DNA from: Chiloscyllium plagiosum
Lineage: Eukaryota
DNA: 41,913 bases
NCBI RefSeq assembly: GCF_004010195.1
Contig: NC_057756.1
Coordinates: 6,132,554 to 6,174,466, forward strand
Direction: 5' to 3'
The notes under the pieces are model-generated. The model was not told the DNA's origin, did not search any database, and was given only the letters and a program-made list of their open reading frames with translations. Shown here piece by piece: positions 23,478 through 35,640 of the stretch; position 1 is the first letter of the stretch; each line of letters starts with the position of its first letter. Both the position numbers and the translations under genes were made by a program.

Positions 23478-23754
23478 GTACAGAAACTGTTTACACACTT
23501 CCCTAAACCATCAGTTTCACGAGATAAACAACATAACAACATGTTGCAACCATCAAACTCAAGAATGCTCTCGACTAACATTAGCTTCTCAAAGCTGCTG
23601 AGCAGTAATGGGACTGCACAGAGAGGCAAGGACGAGAATCGACACATTTCAGATGAGAAAGGTGTGAGGGTGGTGTGCACCCAACAACGTTCAATAGGCA
23701 ACATGTGTCCCAGATTCCCAGACAGATTACCCAGGCATTTCTGACAGTGGACTA

Positions 23755-24400
23755 AGCAATGGGTCAGTGGGTAGCACTCTCACCTTCCCTTTCTCTGGTT
23801 CAGAAGATTTAGTAACCAACTCCATAAACTTAAACATAACCTAACAGCACTGTCACTTTGGGGGGGTCAGCACAGCAGGAGTGCTGTACTGTCAGAGGGT
23901 CAGCACTGAGGGAGTGCTGCACTGTCAGAGGGTCAGTGCTGAGGGAGTGCTGCACTGTCAGTGGGTCAGTGCTGAGGGAGTGCTGCATTGTCTGAGGGTC
24001 AGTACTGAGGGAGTGCTGCACTGTCAGAGGGTCAATACTGAGGGAGTGCTTCACTGTCAGAGGATCAGTACTGAGGGAGTGCTACACGATCAGAGAGTAA
24101 GTGCTGAGGGAGTGCTGCACTGTCAGAGGGTCAGCACTGAGGGGGTGCCACGCTGTCAGGGGGTCAGCACTGAGGGTGTACCGTATTCTCAGAGGAGAAG
24201 TGCTGGGGGAGTTGTTACTCATCCCTCAGTCAACATTGTTACAAAGTTGGTTGATGTCAACCTTGCCGCCTGTGGGACCTTTCTATGCACAAACTGCTCC
24301 TGCGTGTCCTGCTACAGCAGGGAGTACATTTCAGAAAGGTGCTTTGCTCCTGAAGTGTTTTGGAATGTTCTGTGTGAGGGAAGAAGAGAGCTTAAATCTA
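23755..24400 (+). mobile_element. SacSINE1/AmnSINE-like DeuSINE with an internal minisatellite
   Basis: Head gggtcagtgggtagcactctcacc; Deu-domain-like ctgagggagtgctgcactgtc and atccctcagtcaacat..tgtgggacctt.ctatgcacaaa. Confidence 0.6.
23862..24210 (+). repeat. 33-bp minisatellite, ~10 copies
   Basis: Unit gagggagtgctgcactgtcagagggtcagtact, which explains the EGVLHCQRVST repeats in the ORF track. Confidence 0.95.
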
Positions 24401-24482
24401 AATTTGACAAGCAAACAATGACATTCTAACTCAGAGGTTCCATTATTTATTGAATTGTAGACATTGAGGTAATGTCCTTCAG

Positions 24483-24540
24483 TGGCTGAGGAACATTTGG
24501 GATGTTCAGTCTCTGTACACTGTGAGCTCATCACTTCAAG
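24483..24540 (+). CDS. cytoplasmic exon (tyrosine motif SLYTVS); acceptor uncertain
   Basis: gtccttcag|TGG phase 0 gives WLRNIWDVQSLYTVSSSLQ. Strong donor caag|gtaaga, phase 1. Confidence 0.6.
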
Positions 24541-24661
24541 GTAAGAAAGAGAAGGTTAAACTCACTGAATCACGATTGACGTTCACGAGGCTGTGTAATA
24601 ATTTAAACCTATTCCTCTGATAAATGACATGAGAGCATCTTCTGTTTCCATTTCTCTGCAG

Positions 24662-24873
24662 AACATGGTGATTACTGACCCTCAGAATACAACCAGGGAC
24701 ACAACCAGAGAAGGGGAGACACCAGCTCCCCGGGAGGAGATGCTGGACACTCTGACAGAACTGAAGACCTTCTCTATGCCAACATCAACTTCTCAAAACA
24801 ACCCAGTGGCAATGGGACCGTTCACAGGGGCAAGGACACAGAATACACAGGGATCAGATTCCAGCCAAACTGA
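24662..24873 (+). CDS. terminal exon of a Siglec/CD22-like inhibitory tail (ITIM LLYANI plus ITSM-like TEYTGI)
   Basis: Acceptor tctgtttccatttctctgcag, phase 1: EHGDY*PSEYNQ..TEDLLYANINFSKQPSGNGTVHRGKDTEYTGIRFQPN*. The in-frame TGA at 24676-78 is bypassed if the in-frame acceptor ccctcag|24686 is used. Confidence 0.78.
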
Positions 24874-24902
24874 GAGAGAAAAATAGGGAGAGGGGTTTAG
24901 AT

Positions 24903-24998
24903 AAAAACAGAAGTTGCTGGAAAAGCTCAACAGATTTGGCAGCATCTGTGAAGAGAAATCAAAGTAAACGTTTCAGGTCCAGTGAGCATTCCTCAGAA
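24903..24998 (-). mobile_element. Penelope-derived terminal fragment with hammerhead-like motif
   Basis: Minus strand reads CTGAGGA-atgctcactggacct-GAAA-CGTT followed by a cagatgctgcc..ttttccagcaac tail. Confidence 0.7.
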
Positions 24999-26109
24999 TT
25001 GTTTGAGGGATGTGTGCAGCCAACATGGTTGAACAATAATGAAAACAAAATGACATCGCTCAACTTTATTGTTAGTTTTGAGCATTCTTTCCAAATGCTG
25101 CATCTTTGTCTTGCTGTCAGAGATGGTTCGAAGCTGATGAATAATTTTCCAGATTTTGGTTAAAGCGGCTGTGATAAGACTTCACAATATGTTATCATTA
25201 TTTGGGAACTTTGGTTTATTCAGACTCAAGCGGCCTCTAACAGAAGTGCTGTTGATCGCAGCCTCCAAAGGAGTCGCATTGGGATAAAATGACCTAATTT
25301 AATTAAAAGATGGTGAAATTTGAAATCCAAGTAAAATATGGAACTAAATGCCCAATGATGACCAGGTAGCAATGGGCTGAATAGGCTACTTCTGCTCTTC
25401 TCTCTTATGATTTAACCTTTGTTATCATCATCATAAAAATCTGCATTGGAAAAATGCAAATTCCAGCCCACAGCAATGTCATCAATTCTTAACTGTTCTC
25501 TGAAATGACTAAGCAAACTACTCAGGTATATCAAAGCACAGAAACATCTCAGAAAAGGAGCAAAAGCAGGCGGACCACCAGGCACCAATCTGGAAACAGG
25601 AATGGCAAAACCCTCCTCACCAACATCAAGGATGGTGTGCCAAAATTTGAACTGATCCAACATCTCAGGACTGGTATCCAGGATGTGCTGTGGGTCATCA
25701 ACAGCAGAATTATAATCTAATACAATCTCCCACCTCATGTGGCCCAGCATATCCCCCATTCTAGTATTAACACTGCAGAAACCACCTCAAGGACCCACCT
25801 TGCTGCTGAGGCTGGCACTGAACACTAGGACGGGCCATTGGAACACAGTGCCGGAGGATACCACAAAAACCCCCTCAAGGAATCCTGGGCCAAACTGACC
25901 TCACCGTTGAAGGTGCTGCTAACTTGGGCTGGATCCACCATGCCACGGAAGGCACCAGAGCCACTGAAACAGACCATGAGACAGTGAGTAAGAACCAGGA
26001 AGAATTAAAGAGAAAAAGCATGAGATAGGGATAAGGAGAGATTAAGAGTGAAAGTTAGAGAGAGTGACAAACGGAAAGAGAAAGGAAGAAAGAGAGAAAA
26101 AGAGACAGA

Positions 26110-26192
26110 GTCATGCTGGAAAAGCACAGCAGGTCAGGCAGCATCCGAGGCACAGGAGAATCAACTTATCGGGCATAAAGCCTTTATCAGGC
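26110..26192 (-). mobile_element. degenerate Penelope-derived short repeat
   Basis: gctggaaaagcacagcaggtcaggcagcatccgagg, the same family as 17371-17497. Confidence 0.7.
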
Positions 26193-26454
26193 CATAAACC
26201 ATTCATTCCGGAATAAACTGAGAGAGTTTATTGCTGATCTGTAACAGACCGTGAGAAGCTGCCACCTTTGGGATCATTTCACACAGAGAAATGCACAGTG
26301 GTATTTCTCACAGTGAGAGTTCCAGGACTTTGAACCAGCAAGCTTGCAGGAACAGCTATATATTTCTAAGTCAGGATGGTGAGTGGTTTGAAGGGGGATG
26401 TTCTCCCTATCCCACAAAGAGACATGCACAACTCAGGTCCATGAAGGTACCCTT

Positions 26455-27005
26455 GGCCATACCATGGAACTCGGAACATTCCTTGTTCTATTCCTACTCA
26501 AGCAGCCACACACAACTTTCTCTGGTCCATCGATAACATCGTCAGTGTTGTTTCCTTTCCTTGCCCTGAATTGCCCTGCGTGGACAAACAACATCTCACC
26601 TTCTGCTTGGACTCAATATCGAGTTCAACTATTTTTGGGACCTGAGCATCTTCTGTCATGTATTTACCCCATCCGCACCCACCAGACCTCATTGTCTCTT
26701 GGTCTGCCAGCGCAAACAACCCATTGTCAGCTAATAGTCCTCGTGAGCAGTCCTTGTATTCATTCTCTGAGGCTGACCTTTGCCCATTGCTTTGTCCACT
26801 CAGCTGTTATTCTGTTTCTCTGGGCTACTTTTAATGTTTACACTTCTCCGCTTTCCCCCACACTACCTTCAGCATAAATACCAACATTTTCCTAACTCCA
26901 AACAGTTCTGAAGATGGGTCATTGGACCTGAAATGTTAACTCCGCTTTCTCTCCACAGATATTTTGAGGCCCGCTGAGCTTTTCCAGAAATTTCTGTTTG
27001 TGATT
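26455..27005 (+). mobile_element. old Penelope-derived fragment with hammerhead-like motif 26908-26937
   Basis: ggactcaatatcgagttcaac (GLNIEFN), a pyrimidine-rich tail, and CTGAAGA-tgggtcattggacct-GAAA-tgtt. Confidence 0.6.
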
Positions 27006-27289
27006 TTGATAAATATTGACATAATGCTGCCACTGAGCATGATCTAGCTGTAAATAGCTAAGGCCCCTGTATAGATCCTGTAAGCAATCCTTTTGCCACA
27101 GCCTGTTAAATCCTGAAAATGTCGGCTTCATGACATAATGATTCGATTTTGTTTCCCCAATTTTCCTCTGAAATAGAAACAGTAATGAGGGAGTGACAAA
27201 CAGAAAACAAAATCAGTGTTCAATATTATTGGTCCCAATAAAAATTATTCCCACCATTAATTATCAGTTTGATTATTAATGAAGCTAAT

Positions 27290-27685
27290 TGTCATTACTG
27301 ACTGGGCTTTGATATGATACTGAACAGGGTTTGGTCATTGATACCGAACAGTGTGGGATTTGATTATCGATACTGAACTGTGTGGGGTTTTATTATCAAT
27401 AATGAATGGTGTGCAGTTTGATTATTGATACTGAACAGTATTGGGTTTGATTATCAATACTGAATGGCGTGGGGTTTGATTACCGATAATGAACAGTCTG
27501 CAGTTTGATTATCAATACTGAATGGTGTGGGGTTTGATTATCGATAATGAAAAGTGTGCAGTTTGATTATTGATACTGAACAGTATTGGGTTTGATTATC
27601 AATACTGAATGGTGTGGGGTTTGATTACCGATAGTGAATGGTGCGGGTTTTAATTATTGATACTAAATGGTGTGGGTTTGATTAA
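27290..27685 (+). repeat. ~29-bp minisatellite, left part (~13 copies)
   Basis: Unit ttgattatcgatactgaacggtgtggggt. Confidence 0.93.
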
Positions 27686-30600
27686 ATACCTGCAACATTC
27701 CCATAAACACCCCCTCAGCAAAAAAAAAGGAAAAATCAAACACAGGTTCTTACAGGAGAGTTGTCAGAGTGAGGGTGGATCAGCATGGAACTGCTTCACT
27801 GGATCCACAGCAGCTTCTCTGCGTTCCCGCACCTGCAAAACAAAACAGCTTACTCAAACGAAACCCAACCCTGGACTGGGAGAACTGGCCACTCGCCTTT
27901 CATTGTACAAGTATTATAAGAGAAAGACTGAAAAGCATTCTCAAGTAACTATTTCCAGTCATATCGGAAACTCTACCTTTGAAACCAGTTTTAAACAACA
28001 TCAAGGACAACATAACCTTGTTAAAAGACCAGCTTCGCCACAACTTCCCCCCTTAAAACAATTCAATATTCAAAGGTGGCTTCATTTGAAAACCCTTAAT
28101 CTAAAACTGTGAGTGCACTACAACACACACATACATTACATTGGTTAGAAACATGCAAACATGCACTGCTACATTGTGTTCCATTCTGCCACTTAACGGC
28201 TCCATTTCTCATCCAAGTTTTGACAATGTGTTGGCAATCACGTCTTCTTGTCCTGCCAAATTGAATGGCTGTAATAACGAACTCTATCTAAATGGTCTGG
28301 AACTTTTCTCCACAAACTTTAACGGGTTGTGGTCAGTGTATACGATTGTCTCAGATACGTTACGGGTTACATAAACATAGAAAAGTTGTAACACCAAGCT
28401 CAAAGTTTCCTTCTCAACTGTCAAATATTTCTGATGATAAATTATCAATTTCCTGGAGAAATACCCAATCGGTCTTTCTATCTTTTGGTCATCTTCCTGT
28501 AAGAGCACAGCACCAACACCGACATCACATGCAATGTTAGCCACCTTGAACGTCTTTGCGTAATTAGGTGTGGCTAACACTGGGGCAGTGGTTAACACAG
28601 CTTTCAGGCTGTCAAATGCCTTCTGACAGCCAGCTGTCCATTTAAACTTCTTGCTTTTCTTTAGTAATTCAGTGAGTGGAGCAGCCACACTGCTAAAATT
28701 TGGTACAAATGTCCGATAAAATCCACTCAATCCCAGGAAACAGAGTCCTGCTCTTTTTGTTGATGCGATGGGAAACTCCCCAATTACCTTTGCTTTTGGA
28801 TGGTTATGCCTATAAGAAACAACATTCCCTATATCTAAATCATGTACAATAAAGTTAGTACTTCCCAGTTTATTTCCACATATCTCCTCATGTGACAGCA
28901 ATAACTCTTTCAGCTCATTTCAATATTCCTCTGAAAGGTAACTCAATAACTTATCCCAATTTTTAACAACTTCTTTATTGTCCAATTTAATTTGAGGAAT
29001 GTCCAATTCAGAATCCTCTAAACTAGGTTCTTCACTCTGTTGTAATCAATAACAGGGTCCTTTTTCTTTCACTCTGTCAAAATAATGTTTCAGAGTATTC
29101 ACATGACACACTGTGAGATTTCTTTCTGTCCTTATCAAATAGTTCACCTCACTCAATCTCCTTTCATCTTGATAAGGTTCACTAAACCTTGTTTTTAAAG
29201 GTTCATCTCTCACTGGGAGTAACACTGATACCTTATCCCCGATAGCAAAATTTCAAGTTTTTGATTTCTTGTCTACTTACACAGTAATATCTTTAAATGC
29301 TGCCTCGTCAACTCTCCCACTCTACCTAACTGTTCCCTAAAATTTGACACATAGTCCAAATATGAGATCTCTGAATTATGACTTACCAATTTCTCCTTAA
29401 TCAGTTTTAGCAGTCCTCTTACTTCATGCCCATAAACTAATTCAAATAGACTGAATTTGTTCGATTCATTTGTTGCATCTCTGATAGCAAAAAGTACAAT
29501 CAGAATTCCATTATCCCAATCATCTGGATAGTCTTGACAATAAGCCCTCAACATGACCTTTAATGTCTAATGCCACCTTTCTATCACTCCCTGCGATCCT
29601 GGACGGTATGCAGTAGATTTGAATTGTTTTATTCCTAAGCTGTTCATAGTTTCCTTGAATAGTTTTGATGTAAAATTTGACCCTTGATCTGATTGTATCT
29701 ATGTGAGTAGTCCCTGTCTCGAGTACTCTTCTACAATCCTTGTAGCTGTGATATTGCATAATGGAATGGCCTCTGGAAATCTAATGAATACTGTTAATAA
29801 ATACTGATTCCCACTTTTCATTTTAGGTAAGGGTCCTATGTTATCAATTAAGACTCTTGTAAAAGGTTTCTCAAATGCAGGAATAAATATTAAAGGTGTG
29901 GGTTTTATTACTGCCTCCAGTTTTCGGTTTACCTGACATGTATGACATGTCTAGCAAAGTTCAACTGCGTTCTTGTGCAGTCTAGGCCAGTAAAAATGTT
30001 TTTGTATTTTAGCCTGACCCCTACATGACCTCCTGCTGGTAGTTCATGTGCTACCCGCAACACCTTCTTTCTGTAACCCACTGGCAATATGACTTGATGA
30101 ACATCTGCCCATTTCTCATCTGCCTGAATATGTGATGGTCTCCATTTCCTCATTAAGACATCATTTATAAGATAGTAGCATATCAGGACACATATAGATT
30201 CTTCTTCTGTCTATGCTTTTTGATACAATTGCTTTAGTTTCTTATCTTTCTGCTTAACTCAGTTAATTTCTCTGAACTAAAGATGTCTGCTTTTGTCATC
30301 TATTTGCTCCCGTTTTGTCTCAACTATTCGATCAAACAGGGTGTCTGATAATTCCACTGTCAATACACTTTGATCTCTCCTGTTTCCACTGGTGCCTTTG
30401 TAACCTCGTTACCAGTCAGTCAGGAAATATCCCAGGATATGCTTCTTGACCTAGCTCAGTTGCCTGATTTTCCACTGCCTTTTCAACCACAGTAGGCAGC
30501 ACTCCGACCTGTGAACCAGCTATATCGTTAGCAAGGACAAATTGTTGAGAGTTTGTCCACACTTCTCCACTTCTCACTGGAAACTCTCACCTCACTCTAC

Positions 30601-31043
30601 ATAATTGATCACTTCTTGTCTCACTGTGAATTCTGGTTACAAGCACTTTTTCTGGCAATAGTCCTACAGAGATACATATCTCCTCATCTTTCAACATCAA
30701 AAATTGAGAGGGTCCTGTGTCTCTTAATATTGTGACCTCATTACCTGCTGCTCCTGGCCTATGCGAGTAAATTTTACCTTCACAAGTATATGGTTTAAGG
30801 AGATCTGGCACTTCCTCCTTACCCAACCTCCAACCCCAGGGTGTACATTCTGGTACAGCCTTTTAGCCTTCATTGTGCTTTCCATAACCACTCCAACAAA
30901 ATTCACTGGCTTATCCTGTTTTCCTACATCTGACTTTCTAGTGCTTTTTCTGACCCACCAACACTGATTTCACATGGCCTACTGTATTGCAGTGAAAACA
31001 ATGAAGCTTTTTAACTTCTCCTCAAGGGTTGTCTTTTTATCCT

Positions 31044-32390
31044 GTGGTAAAGATTTACATGTATTTAGAAAGGCAAGGACAGATTAAGGATAGTCAACAT
31101 GGTTTTGTGTGTGGGAAATCAAGTCTCACAAACTTGACTGACTGTTTTGGAGAAGTAACAAAGAGGATCAATGAGGGCAGAGCAGTAGATGTGATCTATA
31201 TTGTCTTCAGGAAAATGCTTGACAAGGTTCCCCATGGGAGACTGATTAGCAAGGTTAGATCTCATGGAATACAGGGACAACTAGCCATTTGCATACAGAA
31301 CTGGCTCAAAGGTAGAAGATAGAGGGTGGTGGTGGAGGGTTGTTTTTCAGACTGGAGGCTTGGGACCAGTGGAGTGCTACAAGGATTGGTGCTGGGTCCA
31401 CTACTTTTCATAATTTATATAAATGATTTGGATGTGAACATACAAGGTATAGTTAGTAAGTTTGCAGATGACTCCAAAATTGGAGGTGTAGTGGACAGCA
31501 AAGAAGGTTACCGCAGTTTACAATGGGATATTGATCAGATGGGCCAATGGGCTGAGGAATGGCAGATGGAGTTTAATTTAGATTAATTGGACGTGCTGCA
31601 TTTTGGGAAAGCAAATCTTAGCAGGACGTATGCACTTAATGGTAAAGTCCTAGAGAGTGGTGCTGAATAAAGAGACCTTGGAGTGCAGGTTCACAGCTCC
31701 TTGAAAGTAAAGGCACAGGTAGATAGGATAGCGAAGAAGGCATTTTGTATGCTTTTCTTTATTGGCCAGAGCATTGAGTATAGGTGTTGGGAAGTCATGT
31801 TGAGGCTGTACAGGACATTGGTTAGGCCACTTTTGGAATTTTGTGTGCAATTCTGGTCTCCCTCCTATCAGAAGGATGTTGTGAAATTTGAAAGGGTTCA
31901 GAAAAGATTTACAAGGATGTTGCAAGGGTTGGAGGATTTGAGCTATAGGGAGAGGCTGAAGAGGCTGTGGCTGTTTTCCCTGGAGTATCAAAGGCTGAGG
32001 GGTGACCTCACAGAGGTATATAAAATCATGAGGGGCATGGATAGGATAAACAGATAAAGTCTTTTCCTTGGGGTGGGGAAGTCCAGAATCAGAGGGCATT
32101 GATATGGGGTGAGAGGGGAAAGTTATGATAAGGGACCTTAGGGGCAACTTTTTCACGCAGAGGGTGATGCATGTCTGGAATGGGCTGCCAGAGGAAGTGG
32201 TGGAGGTTGATACAATTACAACATTTAAAAGGCTTCTGGATGAGTATATGAATAGGAAGGGTTCAGAGGGATATGGGCCAAGTGCTGGGAAATGAGACTA
32301 GATTAGGTTGGGATATCCGGTCAGCATGGACGAGTTGGACCAAAGGGTTTGTTTTCGTGCTGTACATCTCTATGACTCTATGACTCTAAG
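31044..32390 (+). mobile_element. CR1 LINE RT to 3' tail inserted in the gypsy gag
   Basis: SQHGFV..DKVPHGRL..KFADDSK..LYRTLVRPLLE; tail ctctatgactctatgactcta; TSD ttatcct at 31037-43 and 32391-97. Confidence 0.93.
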
Positions 32391-32877
32391 TTATCCTTAT
32401 GATCATCACTGAGTTCTACTTTGCCTTTTCCACATGAGGATTTCTCTATTCCCCAATTTCTATCTTTCATTGGTTGAAATTGATGTTGGAAGCCAAATTC
32501 TGATTTATGTACCAACTCAATCATCAGCCATTTCAGTTGCTAAACTTACCATTTTAACTGTCTGCTCTTCCACATGCGTTCTCACCACCTCAGGAATTGA
32601 ATTTATGAACTCCTCCAAAATAATCGTTGCTGTAAGAGCGTGACATATTTACTCTATTTTTAATGCCCTTGTCTATCTATCAAAATTACTTTCTTTGATC
32701 CTTTCAAACTCAATGTATGTTTGACCTGTGTCTGTCCTTAGATTCCTGAAATTTTGTCTGTAGGCTTCAGGAACAAGCTCATATGCACTTAAGATGGATC
32801 TCTCTACCTCGTCATACACCCCAGATACCTCCTCTGCTGGTGATGCAAATATCTCACTAGCTCTAATTACACATTTT

Positions 32878-33198
32878 AGATTAGATTAGATTACATTACA
32901 TTACAGTGTGGAAACAGGCCCTTCGGCCCAACAAGTCCACACCGACCTGCCGAAGCGTAACCCACCCATACCCCTACATTTACCCCTTACCTAACACTAC
33001 GGGCAATTTAGCATGGCCAATTCACCTGACCTGCACATCTTTGGACTGTGGGAGGAAACGGGAGCACCCGGAGGAAACCCACGCAGACACGGGGAGAACG
33101 TGCAAACTCCACACAGTCAGTCGCCTGAGGCGGGAATTGAACCCGGGTCTCTGGCGCTGTGAGGCAGCAGTGCTAACCACTGTGCCACCGTGCCACCC
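32878..33198 (-). mobile_element. full-length young HE1/V-SINE inserted in the gypsy gag
   Basis: Intact A/B boxes, V domain and (tctaa)n tail; TSD catttt at 32872-77 and 33198-33203. Confidence 0.93.
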
Positions 33199-34060
33199 AT
33201 TTTGTTTGGATCAGCAAAACTTAAATGGTCACTAGCCACTGCATTGTTTAGCTGCCTTTTCAAATGAGATGAAAAAGGCTTCCACATCCTTTTCATTAAA
33301 TTTAGGTGGAGCTTGAATATATTTAAACTGATCCCCCCTCCCCAGGCCTTTGGCTCCCGTGGGTTTGCTCATCCTCACTCTCCTCCTCCCTCAGCTTACC
33401 TTCAGCCTTCCCCTTTATCCTTTTAAGTTCACTTTCCTGACTAAGGGCCAATTTCTGAGGTTCAAACTCTTTCAATTTATCCTCTGTCTCCTTTTCTCTT
33501 TCTCTCTCTCTCTCTTTTTCTTTATGTTCTGCTGAAGTAATTCTGTCCTAACCTTCTTGTTCTGCTAGTGCAATTCATTCGTTTTCTCTTTTCTCTCCTT
33601 TTAATCGTAATTCAAACAGTTTCATTTCTTTTCCTTCTCCTTTTTCTTTTGCCTCTAACCCAAGCTGCTTTGTTCTTAATTTAATTTTAGCCATCTCCAA
33701 CGACTCTGACAGTGTTTCCATCAAATTTAAATGCCAAGCTATTGCTGCAATCATCTCTCCTTTCCTCACAGAAGGAGGCAGCTCCAACTCCAGCTTGTCT
33801 GCTAATTCTAGCAGTTTTTCCTTGTTTACCTTTTGTAAAGCCCTCAATGTCACCCCAGAAAACTTGCCGTGACTGAAAGAGCCAGGACCCCACCAAGCAC
33901 TATTTAAACCAACCGACTTTAACACCTGGAACAAAGGACACTCACACTACTACTCACTGCCTTTGCATTCAGTGACCCTAATCCCAATTTGGAACTAAAG
34001 AAAAAAACCTGCAAAGAGCCCCCAGTCTGTTATGCACCAGGCCAGACCTCCTCAACAAAT

Positions 34061-34455
34061 TGATTATCGATAGTGTGTGGGGAGGGATTATTAATACTAA
34101 AGGAGTGGGGTTTTGATTATCAATACTGAATAGTACAGTGTTTGATTATCAATACTGAATGGTACAGTGTTTGATTATCAATACTGAATGGTATGGGGTT
34201 TGACTATCGTTACTGAACAATGCAGTGTTTGATTATCGATACTGAACGGTGTGGGGAGTGATTATCAATACTGATTGCTGTGGGGTTTGATTATTAATAC
34301 TGAACTGTACGGGGTTTGATTATCGATATTGAACGGTGTGAGGAGTGATTATCAATACTGAACGGGACGGGGTTAGATTATTGATACTGAACGGTGTGAG
34401 GAGTGATTATCGATACTGAACGGGACGGGGTTAGATTATTGATACTGAATAGGGT
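34061..34455 (+). repeat. ~29-bp minisatellite, right part (~13 copies)
   Basis: Same unit as 27290-27685. Confidence 0.93.
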
Positions 34456-34649
34456 TGAGTTTCAATTCTGAACAGTGAGAAGTAAATTCTATTCCAAGTT
34501 ACTTACCATCCTGACTTGGAAATATATTGGTGTTACTTTAAATCAATTCCTAGTGCTGAGCCATGATGATGTTTTTTAATGCTCTGGCTTCAGTATAAAA
34601 CAGGCAAATGTTAGGAAATGCAGAGAAGAAGGATCTTCATTTTTTTTCT

Positions 34650-35435
34650 TAAACCAGTTGGGGGACAGACACCTTCCTGGCTGGGTGAGTTTTTATTGAC
34701 CATTCCTAGTTGCCTTCGGACAGTGATGCTGAGCACCTTCATAAATCAGTACAGTGCATGCGTTGTAGGTAGACTCAAGATGCCAGTAGGTAGGGAATTC
34801 TAAGATTTCGACCCAATATCACAGAAGGATGAAGTATTTCTATGACAGAGTGGTCAGTGGAGTGGAGGAGACCTTGGAGATAGTGGTGTTCCAAAATATC
34901 TGCTGCGCTTATGCTTCTCAGTTGAAGTGGTCATGGAAGGTGTTGTCTAAGGAGAATTGGCCAATTTCTACAATATATCGAGTAGGGCGGTAGGCAGTGC
35001 TGCTATATGGTGGAGGGAGTGAATGTTTGTGGATTTTCTGATCAAGTGGGTTGCTTTGTTCTGAATGGTGTCAAGCTTCTAGAGTGTTGTTGGAGTCACG
35101 AATGGTGCCGATCATTGTGCAATCAGCAGCGAACAACTCGACCACTGACCTTGTGATGGAGGAGAGGTCATTGATGAAGCAGCTGAAGATGGTTGGGCCT
35201 CAGACACTCCCTTAAGGAACTTCTGTAGAGATGTCCTCAGACAGAGATGTCCTCAGACATCTTCCTTTGTGTCACATATGACTCAACCGAGCAGAGCGTT
35301 CTCCCCAGTTCCCAATGATTCCAGTTTTGCTCGGGCTACTTCATGCCACACTTGATCAAATGTCACCTTGATGTCAAGGGCTGTCAATCTCCCTCATTTC
35401 TGGAACCCAGTTATTTTGTCCATGTTCAAACCAAG
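34650..35435 (-). mobile_element. old CR1/L2-type LINE RT to 3' fragment
   Basis: Minus strand reads VP*GSV*GPTIFSCFINDLSSITRSVVELFAADCT at ~35220-35115 (degenerate QGSVLGP/FADD). Confidence 0.7.
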
Positions 35436-35640
35436 AGGGTGGTAGGTGCTGCCAGCTGAAGTCCTAGGAGCAGATATAACAGCAAAGTTTAGGAGGCATT
35501 TAGACACAAACATGATCAGGCAGGAAATAAAGGATACAGAACATGTGAGGGCAGAGGGGAGCAGTTTAGATTGGCATCATGATCTGCGCAGACATAGTGG
35601 GCTGAATGGCTCCTGTGCAGTACTGTTCTGTATACTATAT
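35436..35640 (+). mobile_element. CR1 3' tail fragment
   Basis: LPAEVLGADITAKFRRHLD..gggctgaatggc.cctgtgcagtactgttct. Confidence 0.7.

Larger units (their letters stand above)
27686..34060 (-). mobile_element. Ty3/gypsy LTR retrotransposon, Gmr1-like (gag-PR-IN-RT/RH), decayed, RT core deleted
   Basis: PBS TGGGGGCTC (tRNA-Pro) at 34024-34016. gag with SCAN-like YELVPEAYRQNFR (~32780) and CFHCNTVGHVKSVC (31000-30959). PR ILRDTG (~30720). IN HELPAGGHVG and core (30150-29270). RH IACDVGVGAVLLQ..PIGYFSRKL..YTDHNPL (28600-28290). PPT ttttaaggggggaagt (28058-28043), then LTR TGTGGCG from 28042. Confidence 0.9.

Noticed and set aside
23881..24429. 182-aa ORF with repeated C/H-containing units resembling a zinc-finger or repeat protein
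   Set aside because: It is the translation of a 33-bp minisatellite inside a SINE, with no C2H2 spacing.
24629..24886. 85-aa Ser/Thr-rich ORF listed in the track
   Set aside because: Probably the wrong frame. The overlapping frame carries the ITIM/ITSM motifs and matches the upstream donor phase.
27290..34455. 29-bp repeats as a CRISPR-like array
   Set aside because: Head-to-tail degenerate units with no unique spacers, no cas genes, and a vertebrate context.
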